Below are positions 1 to 8,179 of a stretch of 27,202 bases of DNA, piece after piece (the stretch's first letter is position 1; every line of letters starts with the position of its first letter). The stretch comes from a virus. Taxonomy: Duplodnaviria > Caudoviricetes. The notes beneath the pieces are model-generated. The model did no database searches. It saw only the letters and a list, made by a program, of their open reading frames with translations, and was not told the DNA's origin. The stretch spans positions 1-27,202 of the IMG/VR virus record IMGVR_UViG_3300006738_000062. One strand, written 5' to 3'. The position numbers and the translations under genes were made by a program.

Positions 1-498
1 AAGGCAAATGTTACAGAAAAATACATTACAGAAGGTAATCATGATAATTGGTACAACATGTTTGTGCATGAATACCCCTATTTGCCCCGATTTGCCTTCA
101 AAAACGCCATTTCTGCCAGTGACAGGGGTTATACCCTATATCCAATGGGAAAGTTCCTTAAAATCGGGAAATTGTACTTTTACCATGGCCACCAATATGG
201 AGGTCAATATCACGCAATGAATCATTTAAGGAAGCTTGGATGCAATATCATGTACGGTCACTGGCACGATTTACAACAAAGTTCGATAACTCATGTAGAT
301 GGTACTAAATCAGCATGGTCAATAGGATGCATGAAAGATATGAGTTCTACAAAGAATAAGTGGTTAAGGAATCGTCAGCACAATTGGGGACATTCATTTG
401 CTGTGGTAGATTTTATAAGAGGTGGAAACTTTACTGTGCATGTAGTACAGATTGTTAATGGCAAGACATCGTTATGGGGACAATTGCTAGAGGGATAA
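1..498 (+). CDS. Calcineurin-like metallophosphoesterase, 5'-truncated by the window edge
   Basis: Frame 1 is open from base 1 (KANVTEKYITEGNHDNWYNM...), giving the GNHD motif upstream of the listed Met at 58, followed by YFYHGH, MYGHWH and SIGC. This is the standard motif series of phage metallophosphoesterases. Confidence 0.85.
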   Translation, partial: KANVTEKYITEGNHDNWYNMFVHEYPYLPRFAFKNAISASDRGYTLYPMGKFLKIGKLYFYHGHQYGGQYHAMNHLRKLGCNIMYGHWHDLQQSSITHVDGTKSAWSIGCMKDMSSTKNKWLRNRQHNWGHSFAVVDFIRGGNFTVHVVQIVNGKTSLWGQLLEG

Positions 499-499
499 T

Positions 500-3400
500 A
501 TGCCTAAAGAATTACATGAGATAAAAAATTTTGTAACAGGAACTGTTTCAACACCTGTAGAGACAGATATTCCTGATGATGCTGCCAGTTATAGTATAAA
601 TATAGACCCTGTAGCTGAAGATGGAATCTTAAAAGGGATTCCCGATGATTTAACTTTAACAGCTGGAGGATTTGTATCAGCTGCTCAACCTGAGATAACT
701 ACAGTAGAATGTGTTGCTGATGTTAGCGATAGCTTAAATGCAAAATACTTTGATATAGATACAGATGGAGGACAGAAAACTGAAATATGGTTTGATACAG
801 ACAATAGTGGTACTTCAGCTCCTACAGGTTCAGGTTCTTATAATGATGTCATTGAAGTAACCCAAGTTGGAACTAATGATAGTGCTGAAAGAGTTGCTGT
901 TGCTATAGCTTCTGCTATAAATGAGGATGCAGGAGCACATTCTACAGCTGAAGTCTCAGGTATTACGGTTATTATAACAGATGCTTCGAATGCAGCTGTT
1001 ACTTCTGCTACTATGTCAGCTGGAGATACAGGGTTTACTGTCACTCAAAAACAAGCGGGTGCATCAGGCGCTTCTGGATTAGGTATAGCTGCAGATAAAA
1101 TGGCTATGATAAATGACGATGGAACGCATAGAGTAGTTTATTTTGACGATGCTGATGATAAGATTAAGAAGATAGACGATATCCATGGTACTTCGGTTGG
1201 AACTGGGAATCTTTCTGGTTCAGCTGAATCTAAGACTGGTCTTCCTACTATGCAGGTGAACAATAAAGAAGTACATATAGGAATGGGTAAGGGAGTAACT
1301 GATAGAGCAAGGTGGTGTGGTATCCCTCAGTATAAACAATTTGGAGTTTCAACAACAGCTCTTACGCTGGAGAATGCTGAGCTTGATACACCCTCACCTT
1401 TTTCTGATTTTACTAAAGTAGTTACAGATGGTACATATATTTATGCCTTTAAGAGGGGCGATACTTATCTGTATAAATTTAAGATTAGTACTGGAAGGCT
1501 TGAATTGAGGTCAGGAGCAAACTGGGCAAGTATTAAGTCTATATGTATGCATGCTACTGATAGCAATTTCCTCTGGGTATATGACAATGATACAGATTTA
1601 ACTTATAATTATTCTTTAGATAAAGTTTCGACTGATAATTTAGAGGTTTCTGAAGAATATTTATTCGATGCAGAGCCCGAAGTTACTGGAGGGGCTTCGC
1701 CAGCAGCTGTTGATATCCTACATACAGCTGATAATACTAGCACTTATGGATATATGTGGTGTTTTGGGTATGACGGTTCTCATAATCCAAAAGGTTATCA
1801 TTGGGAACTTCCTGCATTTGGTACAGCTATAAATACAACTGCTGGGGCTAGTGCTCCCAATCTTAGGTCTAACGTAGTAAATACTCCTGGAAGTGCTATG
1901 TGGTATGACTTATCTGGCACTCCTCAATGGAGAAAATTTAACTATGGTAGTACTACTGGAAACGACTTTAGTTTTCCGACTGGAGCATTCTTGTTTAAGC
2001 CATCGGGTGGTCTGCAGACTAAGTCTTATTGTGGAATGTATTGGATTTTTCGCCCTGAATGGACATCTGAGACGGCAAGTAATGATTGTTACTATGTATT
2101 TGCTAATGGTGGAACTTCTACTGGAGGTGCCCATTCTGCTACAAGATTTCAAATATCTTCCTCAGACGATTATGCCGTTCCACAGGGTGTTATTTTTAGG
2201 GACGATTATCCGGATTTAGGCGAGTTTGGAGATGCTGATTCGATAATCTTTCAAATTCCATTTGATGCTGCTAAGGCTGACTATGGAGATAATATTAATG
2301 CCAACTATGCTGACCATAGGACTATGAATGGGACGAATGATGACACAACCTTTGTTAGTGCAAGGAATCAGGCAGATAATGACGAATCTGATTATTATAC
2401 ATTTACAAATCCAGCATATAATATAGCTCAAGGTGGTTCTGTAGCTGATATTAGTGCTATTACAACTGACAGTGAATTAAAATATGCCGTTGGAGTTGTA
2501 GATAAGGATGTAAGTACTGTAAAGGTACATATCTTTGAAGGGGATGGGTCTTCTCAAGCAAGATGGGCTTATGGGACAATAGCTAGTCCAGAGGCACAAT
2601 TAGAAACTTTTATAAAACTGACCCCAACTCATGCTGCTACTGGCGGAACGCTTACTCATTTAAATACATATTACTATAAAGCTTCGTTTGTTTATGACGG
2701 ATATCAAGAATCACCATTGACTCATCAGGTATTATTAACCCATGACCCAAGCGCTTCTGCAACAGCAGCTAAAAATACTATTACTATAGACTTTAAGGGC
2801 TTAGCTGTTCTGCCAAAAAGAGTTACTCATCTGAATTTATATGTAGCCGAAAGTGATGATGCTGCTTCTGAACCAGAAGGGTTTTACAGACTCTTGGAAA
2901 ATATACCAATAGATTATGGATGGGCAACTATATCTGATGCTACTGCAACTACAGTTTTTAATAGTACTTATCGACAAAAGACAATTATAGATATAGGGAA
3001 AAGAACGGGCGCATCATATGAAGCCCTTGTTGGTATCTCTGAATTAGTCCAGGATACTATGCCGAATTATAGTTTATCAGCTCAACTTAATAACCACCAA
3101 TTTATAGCTGATTGCTATCATCCTGATTTGCAAAGTGTTCCTAATTATATGTTTAAATCAAAACCTTATAATTTTGACCAATTTGATTGGTCAGTAGATT
3201 TACTTAGACTACCTACTAAGCCAATAGCTTTAGCTAGTTTTAATGGTAGGATTTATGCATTTGATGAGAATAATACTTATCGCATTGAACCTAATAGTTT
3301 TTATATAGAAGATACTTATGAAGGTGTTGGATGTCTTGGGCCAGAGTCAGTTATTGTTACTGAGTATGGGATGTGTTTTGCTGATAAGAATAATATATAT

Positions 3401-4009
3401 TTACACGATGGAAGACAACCAGTTCCTATAGGAGAACCAGTACTCACAGATTCAACTTTTGGTCTTTATGGATGGTATGACAAGAAAGATTGGGACCCTA
3501 AAATAATGTTTGATGCGAAAAGAAATAGTTTTGTTGTCCTGAGTAAATTTGGTGCTTTAAACCATTACTTTGCATGGGCATTTAATATAGCACGCAAAAG
3601 ATGGGATTTCTGGCAGTTATTTACTACTTCCGAACCTAAAGGTATCCTCGCTGGCAAAAACGGAGAAATGTTTATAAGTGATGGAACAAATCTTAAGTAC
3701 TATTTAGGGCATGCTACTACAACAAGACATTGGTCTTGGCATAGTAAAAAACTTACAATGGACCAGGATACTCAAGCTAAAGTATTTAAGAAAACTAGGG
3801 TTACTGGTAATACAGGTGATTCTATTGATACTTTTGTTAGTTCAGAGGGCACACCAACGGATAGTGGAGCTACTGATGGAGCTCTAGATTATGTTTATAC
3901 ATTAAGTGGAGCAGCTTCAAGGGCAAAATGGATACAATATAAGATTACAGCTGAAACAAATACAGTAGATGCAATCGGGACTGTATTTAGAAGGAGGCCA
4001 ATAAGATAG
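500..4009 (+). CDS. Large tail protein, stabilisation protein / tail tubular protein B-like (beta-propeller rich), 1169 aa
   Basis: Long ORF rich in Thr/Ser/Asp/aromatic beta-strand sequence. The C-terminal GCLGPESVIVTEYGMCFADKNNIYLHDG segment and the N-terminal NFVTG...SINID...GIL segment resemble P22 gp10/T7 gp12-type nozzle proteins. It lies immediately upstream of ejection-protein-like genes. Confidence 0.6.
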   Translation: MPKELHEIKNFVTGTVSTPVETDIPDDAASYSINIDPVAEDGILKGIPDDLTLTAGGFVSAAQPEITTVECVADVSDSLNAKYFDIDTDGGQKTEIWFDTDNSGTSAPTGSGSYNDVIEVTQVGTNDSAERVAVAIASAINEDAGAHSTAEVSGITVIITDASNAAVTSATMSAGDTGFTVTQKQAGASGASGLGIAADKMAMINDDGTHRVVYFDDADDKIKKIDDIHGTSVGTGNLSGSAESKTGLPTMQVNNKEVHIGMGKGVTDRARWCGIPQYKQFGVSTTALTLENAELDTPSPFSDFTKVVTDGTYIYAFKRGDTYLYKFKISTGRLELRSGANWASIKSICMHATDSNFLWVYDNDTDLTYNYSLDKVSTDNLEVSEEYLFDAEPEVTGGASPAAVDILHTADNTSTYGYMWCFGYDGSHNPKGYHWELPAFGTAINTTAGASAPNLRSNVVNTPGSAMWYDLSGTPQWRKFNYGSTTGNDFSFPTGAFLFKPSGGLQTKSYCGMYWIFRPEWTSETASNDCYYVFANGGTSTGGAHSATRFQISSSDDYAVPQGVIFRDDYPDLGEFGDADSIIFQIPFDAAKADYGDNINANYADHRTMNGTNDDTTFVSARNQADNDESDYYTFTNPAYNIAQGGSVADISAITTDSELKYAVGVVDKDVSTVKVHIFEGDGSSQARWAYGTIASPEAQLETFIKLTPTHAATGGTLTHLNTYYYKASFVYDGYQESPLTHQVLLTHDPSASATAAKNTITIDFKGLAVLPKRVTHLNLYVAESDDAASEPEGFYRLLENIPIDYGWATISDATATTVFNSTYRQKTIIDIGKRTGASYEALVGISELVQDTMPNYSLSAQLNNHQFIADCYHPDLQSVPNYMFKSKPYNFDQFDWSVDLLRLPTKPIALASFNGRIYAFDENNTYRIEPNSFYIEDTYEGVGCLGPESVIVTEYGMCFADKNNIYLHDGRQPVPIGEPVLTDSTFGLYGWYDKKDWDPKIMFDAKRNSFVVLSKFGALNHYFAWAFNIARKRWDFWQLFTTSEPKGILAGKNGEMFISDGTNLKYYLGHATTTRHWSWHSKKLTMDQDTQAKVFKKTRVTGNTGDSIDTFVSSEGTPTDSGATDGALDYVYTLSGAASRAKWIQYKITAETNTVDAIGTVFRRRPIR

Positions 4010-4281
4010 TGGCGATATCTAAAAAAAGAGCACCTGTAGTACAGGACCCGCAATTAAGTAGGATAATTAGCAAGATTTATGATGATATTAACGAAGTTAT
4101 AAATGCAGTTAACCAAGGAGATACGTCCATACAAAAAGCTTCTTCCGAGGGTAAGTCAGGTGATATAAGAATAGTAAAAGATTCAAGTGGTAGTTATTAT
4201 ATTGAAGCAAAAACAGATGAAGGCTGGATACAGAGTGATGGTACCAGCGCATCAGGATTTAAATTTAGAGAAAGAGAGTAA
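4009..4281 (+). CDS. Hypothetical virion-module protein, 90 aa
   Basis: GTG start overlaps the TAG stop of the upstream gene (TAGTG). Helical N-half followed by a short beta-rich segment. Confidence 0.7.
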   Translation: MAISKKRAPVVQDPQLSRIISKIYDDINEVINAVNQGDTSIQKASSEGKSGDIRIVKDSSGSYYIEAKTDEGWIQSDGTSASGFKFRERE

Positions 4282-4284
4282 ATT

Positions 4285-5226
4285 ATGGCATGGGGAGCAT
4301 TAATAGGTGCAGGAGCATCGTTATTAGGTAGTTATCTTGGAAGTAGGGGTAATAAGTATACTCCACAATATCTTGACCCAGGGAAAGTTCGTTCAGAGAT
4401 GTTGGAAGGAACAGGAGAGCAGAGAGCTAATTTAGATAGTCTTTATCGTAGGGGGGCTATGTCAGGAGATAGATTATCTGGTGGAGCTAGGAGTGCTCTG
4501 GGATATGGCAGGGGATTTTTAGACCAGGCACAGGGCCTAATGGGAGGAACAAGTCCTATTTTACAGGCAATGCGTCAACAACAAGCTCAACAGCTTGGTG
4601 ATATTGGTGGCCAACAGATGATGCAACAGAATCAAGCTTTATCTGCTCGAGGTATGGGCGGTGGAGGTCTATCTAATATATTGGGGATGAAAACTACCTC
4701 TGCTATGGGAGAACAGGCAAGACAGGGCCTTCTTGGCATTCAACAGTATGGACTCCAGGCAGGGCAAGGGTTTGGTCAGCTAGGAGGTCAAATGTTTGGC
4801 CAGGCTGCTGGTCTAGGCCAGGCTGCTTCTGGAGCATATGCTGGCGCCAGGGGAACTCAGCAAGATGTACTTCAATTACAAACTGGTGCTAATACTGCTG
4901 CGGCTAATCAAATGGCAGCTAATTTTGAAGCACAGCAGAAATATCAAGCTCAACAAGCAGCTCAAAAGTCTGCATTTGGAGGTCAAATGGGTGGTCTCAT
5001 AGGTAAGGGTATTGCTACAGCTGCTATGATGTCAGACAGAAGAATGAAAAGAGATATTATAAAGGTGGGAACTCTTGATAGCGGTTTGCCTGTTTATACC
5101 TATAGACTAAAGGGTGATTCTAAGTACCAGATGGGTGTGATGGCACAGGAACTTGAAAAGACTCAACCTGAGAATGTGCTCACTGTAGATGGTATAAAAT
5201 ATGTTAATTATAAAGGATTGAGTTAG
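4285..5226 (+). CDS. Putative DNA pilot/ejection protein with C-terminal peptidase S74 (intramolecular chaperone, autocleaving) domain
   Basis: N-terminal MAWGALIGAGASLLGS glycine-zipper and G/Q/A-rich body typical of pilot proteins. The C-terminus SDRRMKRDI...GLPVYTY...GVMAQE...P..V...DG..YVNY matches the S74 signature. Confidence 0.75.
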   Translation: MAWGALIGAGASLLGSYLGSRGNKYTPQYLDPGKVRSEMLEGTGEQRANLDSLYRRGAMSGDRLSGGARSALGYGRGFLDQAQGLMGGTSPILQAMRQQQAQQLGDIGGQQMMQQNQALSARGMGGGGLSNILGMKTTSAMGEQARQGLLGIQQYGLQAGQGFGQLGGQMFGQAAGLGQAASGAYAGARGTQQDVLQLQTGANTAAANQMAANFEAQQKYQAQQAAQKSAFGGQMGGLIGKGIATAAMMSDRRMKRDIIKVGTLDSGLPVYTYRLKGDSKYQMGVMAQELEKTQPENVLTVDGIKYVNYKGLS

Positions 5227-5228
5227 TC

Positions 5229-5636
5229 GTGAGATTATATGAAACGGGTTTTAATCCGGCTCAATATCAGCAAATGCAGCAACCTCAAGGAGGCGGTATG
5301 GGTGGTATGCTTGGTCAGATGATGGGTGGACAAGACTGGCAGAGCATGCTTGGTAATATTGATATGGGGAATATAATGCCAGGATTTGGTATGGATATGC
5401 AAACTGGTAAGATGAATACGGGCTATGATTTATCGAATCCAGATATGCTTGCTCAGAACTTACCTTACCAATCTAGGCAGGGAGGTTTTGGAACTGAGAC
5501 TAACCCTGGCTTATCGTTAACAGGAGGAGGGCCTAACTCATATAGTCTTGGTCAGCCACAGTCAATGCTTGACTTAAACTTAAACAATGAACCATGGGCA
5601 AGACAGGCTCTTGGTGGACAAACTTATAATCAATAG
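5229..5636 (+). CDS. Low-complexity G/M/Q-rich putative internal virion protein, 135 aa
   Basis: GTG start 2 nt after the upstream stop. The N-terminus MRLYETGFNPAQ is similar to that of the 6752 gene. Confidence 0.6.
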   Translation: MRLYETGFNPAQYQQMQQPQGGGMGGMLGQMMGGQDWQSMLGNIDMGNIMPGFGMDMQTGKMNTGYDLSNPDMLAQNLPYQSRQGGFGTETNPGLSLTGGGPNSYSLGQPQSMLDLNLNNEPWARQALGGQTYNQ

Positions 5637-5645
5637 GATATAATT

Positions 5646-6752
5646 ATGACATACACACCAGCAGGAAGAGGAGACAATTCAATCCTCTCACAGGTAATGA
5701 AATATGATAAGAGTGTTCAACCAGCACAGAGTTATACAAATGTTGCTCAACAGTATACTCCGTTCGGAAGAATGGAAGATTGGGAAACTCTTGCTAAAGG
5801 ACTTGGTAAAGGAATTGGCGTAACAGCTAAAAACATAAAGGAGGGTGCTTATAAAGGTACTTATGACCCTCGTGAAGAGGGCTATAAATGGGCTCCTGGC
5901 AAACTTGCAGCAGCTGGTATTGGTGGGAGTATTGGTGCACTCTTATCACGCTTAAAAGGAGGCCCTAAAGAAGAACGAATGGACTATGTAAGCAGAACTC
6001 CAGAACAGATTGAAGAAGAAAAAGATGAAGAATTTATTGATGAGCTATCATCATGGGGTGAGGGCGAAGACCCTCCTGCTAGGCTACCAGAATGGGCAGG
6101 CACTATCCCTGAGGCTAGAACTACATTAAGCCAGATGGAAGGATGGGATAAGCTTTCTCCTGGGGAACAAGATGAGGCTATTCGTGTCCGTACCCAATCT
6201 TTAAGGCTTGAAAAGATGGACCCTTTTAAATATAGACAAAAATATCCAGAATCACAACAATATCCATCTGCACCGAGCTATAAGAAAGAAAGAGGCCCTG
6301 CGGGACCACTTTCTCCATATGCTGATGAGACTTGGGGACAAAGAATGGAGAGAGAGCGCGCTGATCTCCCTGGACCAGACGCTAGTAGAGCTAGAGCTGA
6401 ACTTGCTAGAAGGGAAGCTCTTGCTGGTTTAAGTAAAATAAATCTTGCTGGTTTAGATAAAATAAATGCAGTTGACCCTCAAAGATTAAGAAGAACTGGT
6501 TCTAGTGACTTTAAAGGGTTAGGGAAACCTATACAATTTAAAGAGATGATGAATGACCCTAAATTTTATAATAAGTGGAAAATGAAAATGAAGCGTTTTT
6601 TAGAGAAAGAATTTGGTAAGAAAGCACCTGTTGATTTACAATCTCTAACTTCAGCTCAGAAAAGACGCCAGCAGATATACGGGAAGTCAAAGAAAACTTA
6701 TAAATCAGGACCAACTCTCCCATCAGGGACATATACGAGAGGAACATACTAA
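5646..6752 (+). CDS. Putative internal virion/ejection protein, 368 aa
   Basis: Long ORF with AGGA upstream, a glycine-rich hydrophobic segment (LAAAGIGGSIGALL), acidic middle and basic C-terminus. It lies within the ejection-gene cluster. Confidence 0.55.
   Translation: MTYTPAGRGDNSILSQVMKYDKSVQPAQSYTNVAQQYTPFGRMEDWETLAKGLGKGIGVTAKNIKEGAYKGTYDPREEGYKWAPGKLAAAGIGGSIGALLSRLKGGPKEERMDYVSRTPEQIEEEKDEEFIDELSSWGEGEDPPARLPEWAGTIPEARTTLSQMEGWDKLSPGEQDEAIRVRTQSLRLEKMDPFKYRQKYPESQQYPSAPSYKKERGPAGPLSPYADETWGQRMERERADLPGPDASRARAELARREALAGLSKINLAGLDKINAVDPQRLRRTGSSDFKGLGKPIQFKEMMNDPKFYNKWKMKMKRFLEKEFGKKAPVDLQSLTSAQKRRQQIYGKSKKTYKSGPTLPSGTYTRGTY
6420..6467 (+). repeat. In-frame 24-nt tandem duplication (LAGLSKIN/LAGLDKIN)
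   Basis: cttgctggtttaagtaaaataaat followed directly by cttgctggtttagataaaataaat (2 mismatches). Confidence 0.85.
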
Positions 6753-8179
6753 TGCAATTATATCAAACAGGATTTAGACCAGCCCAAGGATACTCACAGA
6801 TAGATGCTGAGGCAGCAGAAGCTGAGAGAGCTGCAACACGCCAGACTCAAGCTATGCAACAGCAGAGATTCCAGTGGGAAGTAGATGGAAGAAAAGACGA
6901 TAAAGCTAAAGCTAATATGTACCAATGGTTTGAAGGTCAATCTGCTAAGTATGACCCCAACTTAATCATGGACAAAATGATTGCTGGAACGGCCTATGAC
7001 ATAGAGGGCTCACGTGGTTTCTCTGACGATAAAAAGGCTGAAGCTTTCAATGCTTATAGGCAGATATCTGTTAATCCAGATATTATGTGGTTTGAAGGTC
7101 AATGGGCAGGACGTAAACAGGCAGAGGACCAGAAGATAGCCAATGAGCTTATGAATGACTATAGGCTTGGTAAGATATCAGAGAAGGAATTTAACTTAGC
7201 AGCTCGTGATGAAAACTTCCAGGATTGGTATAGGAAGTCAAAGCTTGAAGACCCTACTTTAGGTGGGCAATACGACCCAACCTATGAGACAGCAAGTGAG
7301 TGGTTACTTGGAAGGAAAGGTTCCACGGGTAAAGCTGGTAAAAATATTATAGAGAGAAATCCTATTAAGACTGCGCTTGCAACAGCTGCAATCCCACTTG
7401 CTGGCTATACAGCTGGAGCCTATCAATTAGGCAAAGAAGCTCTAAAAGTAGGCGGAGAGGCTGTAGCTAAAGCTGAGACTATAGCTGGTAAATATAAGGG
7501 CGAATATAAGCCCGTAGAGAAATTTACAAAGGAACAGTTAACTAAAGGAGCTGGTAATTTTAGAGCTACCCCTGGGTATAAAGAATGGCTTAAGAAAAAC
7601 AAGCTAACTGCGAGTAAGGATAGTTTTAACAAATTTAGCGCAGAGGGTTATGATATCCTGAAGAAAAAGGCAGATGCTGGTGTTAAGTCTGCTCAGGAAA
7701 AGATGAAATTATTAGAAAAGAAAGGCCTTATAAAGAAGATTGGTAGGTCTTGGACTAAACTGCCAGGGTTTGCCAAGGGAATTGGTTTGCTTGGAGGTAT
7801 GCTCCTTGCAGAACCTATTATTAGCAGTGTTACTGGTAGCAAGAAAGCTGGAGAAGTTGGTGGAGCTGGAATTGGAGCAGCCTTAGGAGGGAAATATACT
7901 AAAGACCAGGTAAAGAGAAATGTAATAAATAGGCTTGAGAAAAGCGGCATGAAGAATGTTGCTTCAAACTTTGAAAAGATAATAGCTAAAAAAGGTTGGA
8001 AGTGGGTATTACAGACAGCCGGAAAGAAGGCTCCTTGGCTTTTGACTAAGGTAGCTGGGAAAACTGCTGCTGGTGCTATAGGTGGCTCATTAACTGGTGG
8101 GATAATGACTGCTGCAATGGCAGCTTGGACTGTTGCAGACCTTGTTAGCCTTTACAATGCTATAACAAAAGAAGCCTAA
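6752..8179 (+). CDS. Putative ejection protein with glycine-zipper/hydrophobic helices, 475 aa
   Basis: TAATG coupling with the upstream gene. Contains several G/A-rich hydrophobic stretches (TALATAAIPLAG, GIGLLGGMLLA, GAIGGSLTGGIMTAAMAAW) and abuts the giant gene. Confidence 0.6.
   Translation: MQLYQTGFRPAQGYSQIDAEAAEAERAATRQTQAMQQQRFQWEVDGRKDDKAKANMYQWFEGQSAKYDPNLIMDKMIAGTAYDIEGSRGFSDDKKAEAFNAYRQISVNPDIMWFEGQWAGRKQAEDQKIANELMNDYRLGKISEKEFNLAARDENFQDWYRKSKLEDPTLGGQYDPTYETASEWLLGRKGSTGKAGKNIIERNPIKTALATAAIPLAGYTAGAYQLGKEALKVGGEAVAKAETIAGKYKGEYKPVEKFTKEQLTKGAGNFRATPGYKEWLKKNKLTASKDSFNKFSAEGYDILKKKADAGVKSAQEKMKLLEKKGLIKKIGRSWTKLPGFAKGIGLLGGMLLAEPIISSVTGSKKAGEVGGAGIGAALGGKYTKDQVKRNVINRLEKSGMKNVASNFEKIIAKKGWKWVLQTAGKKAPWLLTKVAGKTAAGAIGGSLTGGIMTAAMAAWTVADLVSLYNAITKEA

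Noticed and set aside
8-220. 70-aa + strand ORF
   Set aside because: It overlaps the metallophosphoesterase frame, which carries the conserved motifs.
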